A DNA stretch of 64,000 bases, from contig JBLDXI010000003.1 of assembly GCA_047495785.1 (NCBI GenBank), positions 310,001 through 374,000 on the forward strand, written 5' to 3'. The position numbers and the translations under genes are program-made. Positions 61,108 to 64,000 of the stretch are shown piece by piece. The notes below the pieces were generated by a model. It made no database searches and had not been told where the DNA came from. It was given only the letters and a program-made list of their open reading frames with translations. Position 1 is the stretch's first letter; the number at the start of each line of letters is the position of its first letter. This stretch comes from Lepidodermella squamata. Taxonomy: Eukaryota; Animalia; Gastrotricha.

Positions 61108-61749
61108 GGGGGGTGTGGCGTCAATACAGCACACGACAATTCAGCCGCGACTATTCCGGCCAGGCTTTTCAGCCCAACGACAGTTCAGCCCAAATAATTG
61201 AACGACAATTCAGCCTGCGACGTCTCAGCCAAAATTCAATCAAATCTCGGCGACATTTCAGCTGCGACAATTTAGTTGATGACAGTTCAGCCCATAATAC
61301 ATGGAAATGTGATGACGTTTCAGCCGGCGACAAATAAGCCAACGTCAATTCAGCCCCAGCTTAAACGGTCATTTAGCTGGAGAAATTCAGTATTGCTCAG
61401 GGTTACTGATATTTTTTGGGATCATGTTATCCAATGTTTTGATTTTGTTATTCGTTCTTCTCTCATTTTCAATAAACTCGAAACGGACTAATCAGCGCGT
61501 GATCTAATTTTTCATTCATTAAATTAGCAATAAACTGGTAATGGACAGTCCAGCTCAAGGTTAAAACGTAATAAACGAGTTTTTGATGGAAAAACATATC
61601 CAAATAAGGAAAAATTAATGCTCAAGGCGCCATAATCAGCCCGCCGATTTTCCGCCATGATTGAAACTTGCGATTCCTGCGGGTATTTAAGCTGCAATCA
61701 ATTGGTTTAATCCATCACTCTGAACGTTAGCATCTATTTGAATTTTAAA

Positions 61750-62229
61750 ATGCACATAAAGATATTCTTTTTCATCGCATATCTCTTTGCGAGCACTGGC
61801 AATTGCGCTGATCAGCCTCCCGACGGCAACGGCAACAATGATCTCCCTGCTCTGCCGGAAGAAGGCGAATGGCCACCTGCTCAAGGCGCCCAAGCAGCCC
61901 AAGATCTCCGACCATTCTTGGAATGCCTGATCTGCCGGGAGATGGCAAGGCATCCCAGGGTGCTAATTTGCGGCCACATTTACTGTAAAAGCTGCCTAAA
62001 GCAGTGGATTCGCACTGTCCTGGGCGACAGCGAGGTTAACAAGCAATGTCCTCTCTGTAGGCGGCGTATAGTTATCAGGTTAAAATTTTTCCTATACTTA
62101 CATTTATCGCAGTAAATATATGCTTTTTCAAGGGAAATCATCAAGTTGAGGCTACAAGATGGCGATGATTCCGATTCTGGATCGGAACTCGGCGAAAGTG
62201 AAGGCTTTCAACCATATTTAACTATATAA
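61750..62229 (+). CDS. C3HC4 RING finger protein inside the MULE (start uncertain)
   Basis: CLIC...CGHIYCKSC...CPLC; second exon acidic. Confidence 0.7.
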
Positions 62230-62544
62230 ATAATTTTTGTAGAATAAGTTAACCAGAATGAATTTAATTTTTTTAATTGTTCAATTTAATTTTAAAATTG
62301 TTAAATTTTTTAAAAATTTTAAAAATTTATTAAAATTAAAATTAAAATTTAATTTATTATTATTATTATTTTTTATTTTCTAGCATTTATTGACTTCAAT
62401 ATTTTCAATGATCCTTTTTCGAACTTGAATTGATTCAATTCTATTAAATTTTTCCATTTTTTTATTTTTTTTGAATATGTTTTCAAATGTTTTTTCAAAT
62501 TTTTCAAATTTTTCAAAATTAATCTTTTTAATATCCAATTTCAG

Positions 62545-63909
62545 CAACGAGCAGGAGTTACTAGTGAAAGAACCAGAAACGTCCTTCAAAGTGAAACTCT
62601 TGGGTTACCGGACGATGCTGTTCTCGACATGCCAAGTCGAACCGCCCAGTTGCGAATGGCACAACGAGCAAGGCGCCGTAGCAGGGTCACATCAAGCAAT
62701 GCTCCCACAAGCTTGGCTGCTATCGAGATTCCCGTTGAGTTATCTACCACGCATGCCGATGAGCCATTCGTACTACACGATTCCGGACCAGCTGATCCGC
62801 GTCGTTTCTTCCTCTTCGGCACACGACGTAGTCTGTCATGGATCCACACCTACCGAAACCTCGCTGCTGATGGCACATTCAAGGTTTGCCCAGGGCTGTT
62901 CGCGCAGCTTTTCACGATTCACGTTGTTCTTGCGATGGGTCTTGTCGTGCCCGCTCTTTTCGCCTTGCTTCCCGATCGCACCCGGGCCACTTACGATCGC
63001 CTGTTTACCGTTGTGCGCGACTTACTTGTCAGCGAACAGGGTGAGAGTGAGCAACCGCTAACCATGATCATGGACTTTGAACGGGCCAGCCGGTCATCAA
63101 TCGTGGAAATTTTCCGCAACATTGTCCTTGCGGGCTGTTTCTTCCACTTGGCCCAATGCCTAATAAAACAGGTTAGCATTTGAAATCCATTTCTAAGCTT
63201 CAAACAACTTAACGATTTTAGGTACGGAGGTATCACCTTTGCCGCGCGTACAATCGGTCTGCTGCCCTGCGGAAAGCCGTTCGTATGCTACCCGCTCTGG
63301 CATTTCTTCCCTCGCATCGCGTTTCCAGTGCTTTTGACATGCTCGATGATAATATCGCGGAGCTCCTTGTGGAGTTTCCGCGCTTGGCGGATGTCTATGA
63401 TTATTTCCGTCGGAATTTCGTCGGCTACCACCAGCATGGTTACCACCCCCCGCGATATCGTGTCAGCGACTGGAACCAATTCGATCGAGTCCGGTTCGTA
63501 AGCATTTATTTCTGTCACTAATTTTTGCTTAATTGTGTCAACTTAAAATAGTCAGCGGCTGCCGAGATCTGACGCCAGCTTGGAAGGATGGCACTTTGCA
63601 ATCCAGGCTTTGCTGGGCGCTCACCCACAGTTTTACGTCTTTGTCGAGCGCCTGCGAAATGAGGCGAACTGGGCGAATCAAACAGTTCAACTTTTCCGCA
63701 ACGGCGCCCGGATTCAACGAGCGAGAAACGCCGAATACCAGCGCCTCGACGACAACCTTCAGCGCCTCGTAAGCCGCTACGAGAACGAAAGCGACACCTG
63801 GACGGATGACCAGCTTCTTCAGTACATCGGAGCTGCAAGCCGCTGCTTCCGGACTGATGAAGTAGACGATGCCGACGATGGAAACGGCGGTCATGAAGAC
63901 TCCGATTAA
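62545..63909 (+). CDS. MULE transposase (3 visible exons; N-terminus unclear)
   Basis: ADGTFK, QLFTIH, MDFE, GCFFH, ALAFLP, LPRSDASLEGWH. Confidence 0.85.
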
Positions 63910-64000
63910 GACTGCGGAGCACTGCTATCTCTCTTTAGCGTTATCAGACTTTAATTGTAATTAATGGTTAACTAATTAATACACGTTAACTCGATTTTCG

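Larger units (their letters stand above)
61108..64000 (+). mobile_element. Mutator-like (MULE) transposon carrying a RING gene; right end beyond window
   Basis: G-rich left end followed by subterminal GACAATTCAGCC-like repeats (61120-61360), then RING and transposase exons. Confidence 0.75.

Noticed and set aside
61750-61810. Signal peptide on the RING protein
   Set aside because: The hydrophobic stretch is encoded by a T-rich tract ending in AG and may simply be an intron 3' end.

Overview
Eukaryotic (invertebrate-animal-like) genomic DNA with short AT-rich GT-AG introns and many DNA-transposon insertions; no CRISPR, rRNA or intact tRNA seen. Main contents, from hand splicing: (1) a NEK-like Ser/Thr kinase fused to a near-identical 102-bp ankyrin array whose variation sits at the binding-surface positions, with a ~125-bp-arm palindrome just upstream; (2) three copies of an unusual Cys-loop ligand-gated channel gene: signal peptide, two tandem unrecognised extracellular domains, a Ser/Thr stalk, then a pLGIC lacking canonical agonist residues (one copy intact, one with a nonsense codon, one interrupted by a Mutator element); (3) an ~18-kb co-duplicated cluster of five STELLO/DUF288-like type II glycosyltransferase-like genes interleaved with four intact and one decayed 14-cysteine secreted proteins that are largely absent from the ORF track and share a promoter motif exactly 10 nt before TATA; (4) a secreted Sushi-mucin-ankyrin protein without a visible TM helix, an ankyrin-SOCS-box gene and a C2H2 gene; (5) intronless DUF4419-like and SPFH genes (HGT candidates); (6) hAT, Mutator, Tc1/mariner/pogo, CACTA-like and Ginger-like elements and a SINE. 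Family assignments come from motif recognition only; no database searches were run.
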